Below are positions 19,673 through 28,853 of a DNA stretch of 64,000 nucleotides, piece by piece; positions within the stretch are counted from its first letter, which is position 1, and each line of letters opens with the position of its first letter. Location: NCBI RefSeq assembly GCF_002087085.1, contig NZ_MWQY01000002.1, positions 1-64,000 on the forward strand, in the 5' to 3' direction. A program made the translations under genes and the position numbers. A model generated the notes under the pieces. It worked only from the letters and a program-made list of their open reading frames with translations, was not told where the DNA came from and made no database searches.

Positions 19673-22054
19673 ATGTCGTATCTGGACAACCCCATCCGGC
19701 TGCAGGAAGTCCGCAGTTTCTACCTTGAACGTCTTCTCAAGCCGAAGCTTACATCTGAACGGGCGGATATCGTGACCAGGTCCTATGCCCGAACCGAAGG
19801 TTCCCATCCCATAACCCGGCGGGCACAGGCCCTTAAGGACATCCTTGCCGAAATGAGCATCTACATCAAACCCTGGGAACTCCTGGCGGGCAATCTTGGA
19901 CCGGAACCCGTCTCCGCTCCGGTATTTCCCGAGGGCGGTGCCGATTTTATCCTCGAAGAGATGGACAGCTACGGCACCCGGCCGGGAGACAAGTTCGAAG
20001 TCAGCGAAGAGACAAAAACAGAGCTCCGGAGGATCCTTCCCCTGTGGAAAGGAAAAACCCTGAAGGAGTACGGCCTCTCCCTGATGCCGGAAGGTCCGGT
20101 ACGGATGCGGGAAGCCGGGGTATTCTCCGCGGAAAACATGCTCACCTGCGGTACCGGACACTTTCTGCCGGATTATACCAAGGTACTGGAGCAGGGCTTT
20201 CGCGGCATAAGCGAACAGGCTAAAGCAGCCCTTATGACCCTGGACCTGAGCCGGGAAGAGGGATACGAAAAACGCATCTTTTACGAGGCCGTGCTGACCA
20301 TCTGTGCCGCCGTCAGAGACTTCTCCCTCCGTTACGCCGAGCTTGCCGATTCCATGGCCGCTGAAGAAAAGGAGGAAGAACGGCGAAGGGAACTGAAAAA
20401 AATCGCGGAGGTCTGCCGCAGGGTGCCCTGGGAGCCCGCCGCAGGTTTCGCCGAAGCCGTCCAGAGCCTCTGGTTCACCCACCTGGTCTGTTATATCGAC
20501 TCCAACGGTTACGGCGTAACCCTGGGACGCTCCGCCTCCTGTCTGTATCCCTGGTATCGATCAAGTATTGCTTCCGGAGAGATCGACAGGGAAGGAGCGC
20601 TGGCTCTTCTTGTAAGTCTCTTTTTCAAGACAAACGACATCCTGAAGCTCTACAACAACAACGCCGCCCAGAATTACGGCGGCTTTCCCGTGGGACAGCC
20701 GGTCCAGCTGGGGGGAATCAACGCCGCCGGAGAGGACGATACCAACGAACTGAGCTTCCTCTTTCTGGAGGCGGAGAAAAAGGTAAAACTTTATCAGCCG
20801 GATATCGGCTTTCTGTGGACCGAAAAGATCAATCCCGGGTTTTTCCGGGCGGCAACGGAACTTGTGGCAACAAACTCAAAGCCCAAGTTTTTCAACTACC
20901 ATGTGGGTTCCGCCATGTACCGCCAGGCGGGATTATCGGAAGAGACTGCCCAAAAGGACTGGGCCTTTATCGGCTGCGTCGAATACGGAGTCCCGGGTAA
21001 AACCTGGACCTGGGCCGACGCCGCCATGTTCAACCTGGCAAAATGCCTTGAACTGGCCCTTAACGACGGGATAGACCCGGTAAGCGGCAGCCGCCTCGGG
21101 CCCCAGACAGGAAGCCCGGAGGACTTCAAGGATTTCAGCCAGTTTCTCTCCGCCCTGCAGCGGCAGATTGCCTACATGTTTGACCTGACGGTTCAGGGCA
21201 TAACCGCTTTACAGGTTGCCCATAAACACTGCTGGCCGGAACCCTACGAATCTCTGCTTGTAGACGGCTGCATGCAGAGCGGCAGGGAGGTCAACCAGGG
21301 CGGCGCCACATCCTACCACACAGGCGTCCAGTTCGTGGGATTCGCCACGGTGGTGGATTCACTGCTTGCGATAAAACACTTTGTGTTCGAGCACCGGAGC
21401 ATAAACTTCCGGGACCTGGTGGACAACCTTGGAGAAAATTTCAGGAATAATGAGGTACTCCGTGTACGTCTTTTGCGGGAGACCCCCCGGTTTGGTATGG
21501 ACAGGGATGATATAAACTCCCTGGCGGGAGAGGTTTTCACCTACTGCTGCGACACCGCAGGCCGTTACCGGGATATATGGGGAGGGCTCTATACTGCAAG
21601 TCTCTACAGCCTCACGGCCCATGTAGGTTTCGGCGCCCGGGTCGGGGCGACTCCGGACGGCCGGATGGCCTTCTCTCCCCTATCCGATGCCAGTTCACCA
21701 TCTCAGGGACTGCAGAACGGCTCCGTGACCGAGATCTTCACCACCCAGTCGAAGCTCCCTCACCACAAGGCCATAAACGGTACCCTGCTGAACATGAAGC
21801 TCAACAAGAAACTGCTGTCCGGCCCGGAAGGAACGGCCAGGCTGCAGAACCTTATAAGCACCTACTTCAAGATGGGAGGCTTTCATGTTCAGTTCAATGT
21901 CGTGGACGTGGAGGTTCTCAAGGATGCCCAGGCGAATCCGGACAAGTATCCAGATTTCCTGATCCGGGTCGCCGCTTACGTTACCAACTGGAATCAGCTG
22001 AGCCGGGATGTTCAGAACGAGATAATATCCCGGGCCGAGATGGAGAGTTTTTAG
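19673..22054 (+). CDS. Glycyl-radical-enzyme-family protein with Ala at the radical site (putative alanyl/aminoacyl radical enzyme)
   Basis: 793 aa GRE fold: RRAQAL, ELLAGN, GHFLPDY, GCVE (Cys435), ATPDGR, NGTLLNMK, HVQFNVVD; C-terminal LIRVAAY instead of RV(A/S)GY. Confidence 0.9.
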   Translation: MSYLDNPIRLQEVRSFYLERLLKPKLTSERADIVTRSYARTEGSHPITRRAQALKDILAEMSIYIKPWELLAGNLGPEPVSAPVFPEGGADFILEEMDSYGTRPGDKFEVSEETKTELRRILPLWKGKTLKEYGLSLMPEGPVRMREAGVFSAENMLTCGTGHFLPDYTKVLEQGFRGISEQAKAALMTLDLSREEGYEKRIFYEAVLTICAAVRDFSLRYAELADSMAAEEKEEERRRELKKIAEVCRRVPWEPAAGFAEAVQSLWFTHLVCYIDSNGYGVTLGRSASCLYPWYRSSIASGEIDREGALALLVSLFFKTNDILKLYNNNAAQNYGGFPVGQPVQLGGINAAGEDDTNELSFLFLEAEKKVKLYQPDIGFLWTEKINPGFFRAATELVATNSKPKFFNYHVGSAMYRQAGLSEETAQKDWAFIGCVEYGVPGKTWTWADAAMFNLAKCLELALNDGIDPVSGSRLGPQTGSPEDFKDFSQFLSALQRQIAYMFDLTVQGITALQVAHKHCWPEPYESLLVDGCMQSGREVNQGGATSYHTGVQFVGFATVVDSLLAIKHFVFEHRSINFRDLVDNLGENFRNNEVLRVRLLRETPRFGMDRDDINSLAGEVFTYCCDTAGRYRDIWGGLYTASLYSLTAHVGFGARVGATPDGRMAFSPLSDASSPSQGLQNGSVTEIFTTQSKLPHHKAINGTLLNMKLNKKLLSGPEGTARLQNLISTYFKMGGFHVQFNVVDVEVLKDAQANPDKYPDFLIRVAAYVTNWNQLSRDVQNEIISRAEMESF

Positions 22055-22059
22055 GCGCC

Positions 22060-23001
22060 GTGGATAATACCGTGCACAACGAAATCAGGGGGACAGTTTT
22101 TAACTGCGAAACCTTCAGCCTCCACAACGGACCGGGTATACGGACGACCCTTTTTCTCAAGGGCTGTCCCCTGCGCTGCCTGTGGTGCGCCAACCCTGAA
22201 AGCTGGAGTATGGAAGCCGAAGTCAGCTACAACCGGGAACTCTGCATCCCTGAATGCCACGAATGCGAGAAGGTTGCCGGAAGCGGCCTTCTTGAACGGG
22301 ACCGTGAGGGAAAAATTGTCATACCTCCCGCAGCCCCGCGAAGCGATCCTGCCCTTATAGCCGCTGCCCGGGCCTGCCCCGCCCGGGCGCTTTCGGTTGA
22401 GGGTTACACCATATCCGTGGACGAAGCCGCAAAGCTGCTCTGCAGGGACCGGCCTTTTTTCGAGGAATCCGGAGGCGGAGTTACCCTCTCCGGGGGTGAA
22501 CCTCTTCTGCAGCCCGAATTTTCGGCTGCGCTCCTGGGACGCCTGAAAACAGAGGGAATTCACACAGCCCTGGATACCTGCGGAGATGCTGCCCCGGAAG
22601 TATACAGGGAAGTTAGCAGTCTTGCAGACCTCATCCTCTTCGATTTCAAGGCCGCCCACAGCGGACTCCACAGGGAATGCACCGGACAATCCAACGAGAG
22701 GATTCTGGTGAACCTGGAGCAGACTGCCGCGGAACGTCCGGAGCAGCTGCGGGTACGTATTCCCTTTATTCCCGGACTCAATGGAACCGAAGGGGAGTTA
22801 TCTGCCATGGCCAGGGTATTAAAGGGACTGGGGATATCCCGGGCGGAACTTCTTCCTTACCATCGCCTGGGAATTCACAAGTACCGGCAGCAGGGCAAGG
22901 AATATACTTTGGGATCAGTGGAAATCCCGGGTTCGGAAATCCTGAAGACAGCAGTCCGTATCTGCAGGGACCTGGGAGTCGAACTGCATATACAGCACTA
23001 G
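22060..23001 (+). CDS. Radical-SAM GRE-activating enzyme
   Basis: GPGIRTTLFLKGCPLRCLWCANPES (CX3CX2C), SGGGVTLSGGEP, LLPYHRLG; GTG start inferred just after the upstream stop. Confidence 0.92.
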   Translation: MDNTVHNEIRGTVFNCETFSLHNGPGIRTTLFLKGCPLRCLWCANPESWSMEAEVSYNRELCIPECHECEKVAGSGLLERDREGKIVIPPAAPRSDPALIAAARACPARALSVEGYTISVDEAAKLLCRDRPFFEESGGGVTLSGGEPLLQPEFSAALLGRLKTEGIHTALDTCGDAAPEVYREVSSLADLILFDFKAAHSGLHRECTGQSNERILVNLEQTAAERPEQLRVRIPFIPGLNGTEGELSAMARVLKGLGISRAELLPYHRLGIHKYRQQGKEYTLGSVEIPGSEILKTAVRICRDLGVELHIQH

Positions 23002-23007
23002 AAGAGC

Positions 23008-23682
23008 CTAGTTCTTAACCTGGGACTCCTGGACCATATTCCCCTGGATTACCAGGGTGAGGACCCGGATTTTACTGTTCTCGATATGCCGGGTAAGCAG
23101 TTCCGAGGCTTTCTCGATATCCCGGATACAGAGGGCGTCTATCAGCTCTATATGCTCCTGGATAGTGACATCCTTGGAAAACTGCTGCCTCAGGCTCAGC
23201 TCCCAGAAGGTCTGGGTAAGCCGGTACAGCTGATCCAGCATACGGATAAGCCGCCGCCTGCCGCTGGATTGAATAAGATAGGAGTGAAAATACCCGTCCA
23301 CCCGTGCATGCTCCTGGAAGTCGAGACTGTCCTTCAACCCCAGGATAAGGGCCTTCATTTCAAGCAGCTTCTGTATGCTCAGAGAGTTTGCCGCCCTTCG
23401 CAGGGCCAGAGACTCGAGTTCCCTGCGCAGTTCGTAAATATCCTCGAGATCGTCCGCGGTAAAGGGAAAAATACGGGCTCCCCTCTTGGGAAGAATCTCT
23501 ATCAGGTGGTCCTGTTCGAGATTCTGCAGTACACTGCGCACCGGGGATCTGCTGACATTGAACTCCCGGGCCAGGAGGTCCTCCCGCAACCAGGTATCTT
23601 CAGGATATTCGTTTTGTATTATCCTGTTGAAAAGGGTGGTGTAAATTTCATGCCGAGTCGTTTTAGTATTCTTGTTTTCCAT
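23008..23682 (-). CDS. GntR-family regulator (FCD)
   Basis: VSRSPVR HTH, EDIYELRRELE, FH, EH, HIENS. Confidence 0.9.
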   Translation of the reverse strand: MENKNTKTTRHEIYTTLFNRIIQNEYPEDTWLREDLLAREFNVSRSPVRSVLQNLEQDHLIEILPKRGARIFPFTADDLEDIYELRRELESLALRRAANSLSIQKLLEMKALILGLKDSLDFQEHARVDGYFHSYLIQSSGRRRLIRMLDQLYRLTQTFWELSLRQQFSKDVTIQEHIELIDALCIRDIEKASELLTRHIENSKIRVLTLVIQGNMVQESQVKN

Positions 23683-23778
23683 AATGTCCCAACCCTAACC
23701 ATTATTACACGGCCCCGGAGTATTGTATATAAGAAAATTTTCTCTTTTTCGCGCCCATATTGATTAAATCAGGTAAAC

Positions 23779-23839
23779 TTGTATACAGTTCAGATGCAGC
23801 TCGCTCTACTTATCGATTTAATATCGTTTATGTATACGA
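23779..23839. promoter_or_regulatory. Candidate GntR operators (GTATAC core)
   Basis: TTGTATACAG at 23779 and ATGTATACGA at 23830 in the divergent gntR/dctP intergenic region. Confidence 0.45.
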
Positions 23840-23957
23840 TCAGCAAAGCTTATGGAAAATGTTTGACGTAAAGTCCATATCGTAGTATAAAGGATGTAAT
23901 ACAACCCTTTATCTCTGGGTTGTACAAATACTAAATCTTGTGGAAAAGGAGTTTTTC

Positions 23958-25118
23958 ATGCAAGGAAAAAAATGGCTAGGTAAACTTTCCATTTCTCTCT
24001 TGGTAGTGTTGTCTCTTCTTGCCGTTTCATGCGCCAAAGAAGAGCCTGCCCAGGCTGCAGCCCCCGCGGCTCCCGCCGAATCTCAGCAGGCAGCATCCTC
24101 TGAGGCCATCCCCGACATGATCGATATGACCATGCCTTCGAGTACGGTTACCCTCAGACTGGCTTACGATGACCCCACCCTCTGGCCCAAGCAGGCAAAT
24201 GTTCCCGACCCCGAGCATGCTCAGGCACTGCTCTTCAAGGACTACGTGGAAAGCCAGACCGGCGGAGCTGTCAAGATTGACCTCTACGGTGCCGGCCAGC
24301 TCGGAACCTACCGGGAAACCCTGGAAATGGTTCAGCAGGGCTCCATGGACATCAACATTGGTACCGGATCTCTCGGTTCTTTCTTTGATCCCTTCCAGAT
24401 CTTCACCATCCCCTACCTCTTCAGCTCAGACGACATCGCCGTCGGCTACTTCGAGCGGAGCGAATGGTGGGCAGACCTGATGGATCAGATGGAAGACGAA
24501 ACCGGCATGAAGTACCTCGGTATGGGTCAGAACGGCTGGAGAAACTTCACCAACAACGTACGTGAAATCCGCAAACCCGAAGACCTCAAGGGCATCAAGT
24601 TCCGCGTTATGCAGAGCCCCGTATACGTGAAGATGATCGAGTCCATGGGCGGAAGCGCTGTTCCCATCGCCTGGAACGAGCTCTACACCGCACTGCAGAC
24701 CGGTGTTGTTGACGGCGAAGAGAACCCCATCTCCTCCATCGCCCTGGGTAAACTCCAGGAAGTTCAGAAATACCTGACCATGGACGGCCACGTATGGTCC
24801 GAAAACGTCATGGTTATGAACGCTGCGAAGTTCAACGACATGCCCGTAGGCGTTCAGCAGATCCTGGTTCAGGGCGGAATGCTGGCAGCTCGTGCCAACA
24901 ACGTTGCAGAGAGAATGGTATCCAATATCGTCAAGTTCGAAGAAGTTGCCAAGCAGATGCAGGTTTACTTCCCCACCGCCGGCGAAAAGGCTGAATTCCG
25001 CAAGGTTTCCCAGCCCGCGGTTATCGAATACCTGGAAGGCGAGCTTGGAGAAGACATGGTTAACGGCTTCCTGACCAGTGTTCAGCAGATGGAAGCAGAA
25101 CTCGGTTGGAGACGCTAA
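23958..25118 (+). CDS. dctP: TRAP substrate-binding lipoprotein
   Basis: Lipobox LAVSC, Ala/Pro linker, IKFRVMQ, ELYTALQTGVVDGEENP. Confidence 0.9.
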   Translation: MQGKKWLGKLSISLLVVLSLLAVSCAKEEPAQAAAPAAPAESQQAASSEAIPDMIDMTMPSSTVTLRLAYDDPTLWPKQANVPDPEHAQALLFKDYVESQTGGAVKIDLYGAGQLGTYRETLEMVQQGSMDINIGTGSLGSFFDPFQIFTIPYLFSSDDIAVGYFERSEWWADLMDQMEDETGMKYLGMGQNGWRNFTNNVREIRKPEDLKGIKFRVMQSPVYVKMIESMGGSAVPIAWNELYTALQTGVVDGEENPISSIALGKLQEVQKYLTMDGHVWSENVMVMNAAKFNDMPVGVQQILVQGGMLAARANNVAERMVSNIVKFEEVAKQMQVYFPTAGEKAEFRKVSQPAVIEYLEGELGEDMVNGFLTSVQQMEAELGWRR

Positions 25119-25162
25119 TCTCTTCTTGCCTTTTTTCTACCGACACCCCTTAAGGGTGTTGC

Positions 25163-25199
25163 GATGGCAGTCCGCTCTCACAGGCGGGCTGCCGTCTTT
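25163..25199 (+). terminator. Stem-loop after dctP
   Basis: GATGGCAGTCCGC-loop-GCGGGCTGCCGTC-TTT. Confidence 0.55.
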
Positions 25200-25237
25200 A
25201 TCTAATCTACTTCGCTATCAATTGGAGATAATCACCA

Positions 25238-25753
25238 ATGGTAAAATATCTGAAACAAGCCAGTGACATTGTGCATGTGGTCACCAAGTGGTGGCTCTTT
25301 GTCTATGTCCTGTCCGTAACTATTCTGGCGATTGTCGGCGTCTTCTTCCGCGCCATCGGGAACTCCCTCTCGTGGAACGAGGAACTTATGCGCTGGATAC
25401 TCATCGGTATCGGTTACATCGGAGCTGCGGTGGCCCTCAAGGAACGGAGCCACATAGGCATTGAGTTTTTCATTACCCGGATGAAGCCCAAACTCCGCAA
25501 GTTCTCCATTATCCTCGGATACCTTACAATCGTCCTTTTTCTGCTTGTTGTACTTATTTACGGTTACAAATCCGCAGACGTCGCCTGGCGACAGAAGGGG
25601 TCGATTCTGCGAGTTCCCATGTACTGGGTTAAACTAAACCTGCCCCTGGGCTCACTGTTCATGCTCGTTCACATGACCTACTTCACCGTCGGTTTCTTTA
25701 AGGAGAAAGGCGATGACCGTGAGTACCTGCTGAGCGGCGGACACGACTTTTAA
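25238..25753 (+). CDS. dctQ: TRAP small permease
   Basis: WNEELMRW, SHIGIE, four TM segments. Confidence 0.88.
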   Translation: MVKYLKQASDIVHVVTKWWLFVYVLSVTILAIVGVFFRAIGNSLSWNEELMRWILIGIGYIGAAVALKERSHIGIEFFITRMKPKLRKFSIILGYLTIVLFLLVVLIYGYKSADVAWRQKGSILRVPMYWVKLNLPLGSLFMLVHMTYFTVGFFKEKGDDREYLLSGGHDF

Positions 25754-25770
25754 GGGAGCCGGAGAATTTT

Positions 25771-27066
25771 ATGAATATTGCAGTATACACAATGGTTTTC
25801 CTTTTTGTAATTCTTCTTGTAATAGGCGTACCCATCGCCTTTGTACTGGGTCTGGTACCCCTTATCTACCTCCTCTTCTTCAAAGGTCTTCCCCTTATAG
25901 CCATTGCCTCGAAACTCTACGGAGGGATCGATAACTACGTTCTGTTGGCCCTGCCCTTCTTTATCCTCGCCGGTAACATAATGAACAACACGGGAATAAC
26001 GAAGGACCTGGTCAACTTTGCGCGTCTTCTGGTCGGTCGTGTCCGGGGTGCCCTGGCGCAGGTAAATATCGTCGTCAGTATCGCCTTTGCGGGTCTCACC
26101 GGAGCGGCTGTTGCGGACACCGCGGCCATCGGCTCCATTCTGATTCCCGCCATGAAGGAAGAGGGCTATTCCGCAGAATACTCTGCGGCTGTTACCACGG
26201 CCTCCTCGGTTATCGGACCGATCATTCCCCCCAGCATAATCATGGTAATTTATGCCTCGGTTACCGGAGAATCCGTAGGAGCCCTGTTCATGGGCGGCTT
26301 CCTCCCCGGTCTCGCGGTGGCCCTCTCCCTGATGATCCTGGCCTATATTTACGCCATCAGGCTGAACCATCCGAAGCGGACAGAACGGATCAGCGCCAAA
26401 GAAGCCTTCTACATAATCCGTCGATCCGTTCTTGCAATGATGGTCCCCCTTATAATCATCGGTGGTATTCTTACCGGTGTCTTTACCCCCACGGAAGCTG
26501 CAGCTGTTGCCTGTCTCTACGCTTTTCTGGTAGGCGTGTTCTATTACAAAACCCTTACCGTGAAGAACATGATCGACAGCCTCATTGACGCAGGCCGGGT
26601 TTCTGCAACCATCCTGCTGATCATCTCCGCAAGCCAGCTCTTCAGCATGGTACTGACCATCGAGAAGATCCCCGAGCATATTGCCGAGGTGATGACCTCC
26701 GTCATTACCAACAAGTATGTCTTCCTGCTGGTTGTCAACGTGCTGTTCTTCTTTATGGGAATGGTTATGGAGATATCCGCCAGCGTTATCATGCTCACCC
26801 CCATCCTGCTGCCTCTGGCCATGGAATACGGTGTACATCCCCTGCACTTTGCCCTGATCATGCTGGTCAACCTGAATATCGGCCTTACCACGCCGCCTGT
26901 TGGGGTATGTCTCTTTACGGCTGTGCCGATTGCCAAGTGTTCCGTGGAAAAGATGGTCCCCAAGGTAATGCCCTTTGTAATCGCCGAGATGATCGCTGTT
27001 CTGTTTATTACCTATGTTCCGGAGATCACCCTCTTCCTGCCGAGACTCACGGGCTTTATCGAATAG
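25771..27066 (+). CDS. dctM: TRAP large permease
   Basis: LALPFFILAG, GAAVAD, GPIIPPS, FTPTEAA, TTPPVG. Confidence 0.93.
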   Translation: MNIAVYTMVFLFVILLVIGVPIAFVLGLVPLIYLLFFKGLPLIAIASKLYGGIDNYVLLALPFFILAGNIMNNTGITKDLVNFARLLVGRVRGALAQVNIVVSIAFAGLTGAAVADTAAIGSILIPAMKEEGYSAEYSAAVTTASSVIGPIIPPSIIMVIYASVTGESVGALFMGGFLPGLAVALSLMILAYIYAIRLNHPKRTERISAKEAFYIIRRSVLAMMVPLIIIGGILTGVFTPTEAAAVACLYAFLVGVFYYKTLTVKNMIDSLIDAGRVSATILLIISASQLFSMVLTIEKIPEHIAEVMTSVITNKYVFLLVVNVLFFFMGMVMEISASVIMLTPILLPLAMEYGVHPLHFALIMLVNLNIGLTTPPVGVCLFTAVPIAKCSVEKMVPKVMPFVIAEMIAVLFITYVPEITLFLPRLTGFIE

Positions 27067-27091
27067 TTAGAAAGAGTATTTTATTTCAGAT

Positions 27092-27133
27092 AAAAAAAAG
27101 CCGGCGAAGCGTACGCTTCAGCCGGCTTTTTTT
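27092..27133. terminator. Bidirectional intrinsic terminator
   Basis: A8-GCCGGCGAAGCG-TA-CGCTTCAGCCGGC-T7. Confidence 0.8.
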
Positions 27134-27149
27134 ATCCCGGGACGGCAGC

Positions 27150-28454
27150 TTACAGAAGATTCCCTTCAGCATCGAACTCCATCTCTTTCGGGTCCTCGAG
27201 GATCTCGATATCCGGGTTCTTTTTTGCCTCATCCAGCATGGATTCGGAAATCCAGATCTCATCCACGTGGGAGGAGTTCCGTATTCTCAAGACTCTGGGA
27301 TTGTCCACACCGTTACCCGTGCGCACATACATGGCGGCCTGAATGGCGAGACGGTCGGTTTTCAGTACCATGGGCATACGGACGGTTATGGCAACTCTGG
27401 CGGTCAGGGCGTTGGGATAGCCCGCATCGAAGTCCGCCTGATCAAAAACCTTCCTGGTTGTGTAATTGGCCATGCCTATTCCGATACAGTTACCGTGGGT
27501 TGCCTCGGAAAGGTTCAGTACTACATACTCCTCCACCCTGGGGGGACCCGAGGCAAACTCGGTACAGTAACTTCCCGTAATATTGGGATCCATACCGTCT
27601 CCGGAATGGTTCTTTCCTATCTCATCCACCACCATGATGTCGAGCTTGTCAAAAAAGATCCGCGCCATCTTTTCCTTGGCTTCCTTAAGAAGCTTCGGCT
27701 CCTCCTCGGGGATCTCTTCTGGGGTAAGGGCGATAATGCGGTTGGTCTCGTCATGGGCATTCTCGATGATGGAGAGCCCGAAGAGAATATTGGCATTCTT
27801 CAGAATAGCCATTCCGTAGGCTACAACATTCTCCGCCATCTTGCGGAAACCCTGGCTGTGACAGGCCTCGGCCCCCTGGTGCTTGGCAACTCCAATAGCC
27901 ATCATCTTGAGCATGCCGCTCTCGTAGGGCCCCCTGAAAGCCGTATGGGCTTTTATTCTTCCCACCAGGACTATGCCGTCAGCCTCCGAGGCATACTTGT
28001 CAATATAAACAGGGCGCCCGTCCTCAAGGGTGGCCACCTGCACGACCTCCATGGAGGCCTTTATCGGGGCTCCCACATATTCCTCGGTAACGCCGAAACC
28101 TTCGATCATTTCCCGTTGACCTTCCGCGGTTCCGCCGCCGTGGCTCCCCATGGCGGGGAAGACAAAGGGTTTTGCGCCCAGTTCTTTAAGGGCCGCAACG
28201 GTCTCCCTGATGATCAGGGCGATATTGGCAATACCGCGGCTGCCGCAGGTAACCGCAACGGTCATTCCCGGTTTTATGGTTCCCGCGATCTTCTGCTGGT
28301 TTATCTGCTTCTTTATTTCCCCTGGAATATCTTCCAGTACGTCGTCATTCAGTTTCTGACGGACCTTGACCATCCTTGGAAGCGGGGTACCGCCAATCAT
28401 TCGTTGGACAACACCATTCCGATCCCAGACACTTTCGCGCAGATTAGTACTCAT
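27150..28454 (-). CDS. Lactate racemase (LarA) N-terminal-domain family protein
   Basis: GSRGIANI, PAMGSHGG, RIKAHT, ESGMLKMMAIG, GKNHSGDGMDPN; start at MSTNLR. Confidence 0.75.
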   Translation of the reverse strand: MSTNLRESVWDRNGVVQRMIGGTPLPRMVKVRQKLNDDVLEDIPGEIKKQINQQKIAGTIKPGMTVAVTCGSRGIANIALIIRETVAALKELGAKPFVFPAMGSHGGGTAEGQREMIEGFGVTEEYVGAPIKASMEVVQVATLEDGRPVYIDKYASEADGIVLVGRIKAHTAFRGPYESGMLKMMAIGVAKHQGAEACHSQGFRKMAENVVAYGMAILKNANILFGLSIIENAHDETNRIIALTPEEIPEEEPKLLKEAKEKMARIFFDKLDIMVVDEIGKNHSGDGMDPNITGSYCTEFASGPPRVEEYVVLNLSEATHGNCIGIGMANYTTRKVFDQADFDAGYPNALTARVAITVRMPMVLKTDRLAIQAAMYVRTGNGVDNPRVLRIRNSSHVDEIWISESMLDEAKKNPDIEILEDPKEMEFDAEGNLL

Positions 28455-28853
28455 TCCACACACTCCCTCTAGTACAGGTATTCGATTATGTTAAAATACA
28501 ATTATCTTCTATAATCATTACTTTATCAACAATAATATCAAAATTGTATTAAGGTAACCCGGGGGAACAGGGGATTTCAGCACATGCCGGGCTGCAGGAG
28601 TTCACCCCACGGATTCTCTGCAGCCTGCGGGTGATTGCCCGGATCACACATTCGGCAGATTATTCAGTATCCTGAATACTGTACCTATATACTAATATAC
28701 ACATAACCTGTTCCTGAGTAAAAGTCGCTTTCCCCGGATTAAGCAGAAATTGCTCAAGATAAGTATACAATTTAATACAATCAAAGCCCTTTTGGTTGCG
28801 TAATAACAATAATTGGCGTACAATATGAGAACACTTTTTGACAGGAGTCATTT

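Noticed and set aside
19673..22054. Annotation as pyruvate formate-lyase or as a pseudogene
   Set aside because: Single-Cys GCVE loop rather than the PFL CC pair; ORF, operon and activase are intact.
21577..22059. N-terminal extension of the activase ORF
   Set aside because: Overlaps the radical enzyme out of frame; activase homology begins after 22060.
26907..28472. 521-aa plus-strand ORF
   Set aside because: Antisense to the LarA-like gene and runs through a bidirectional terminator.
28470..28850. Moco/Wco riboswitch upstream of AOR
   Set aside because: Consensus blocks not recognisable; kept only as an unassigned structure.
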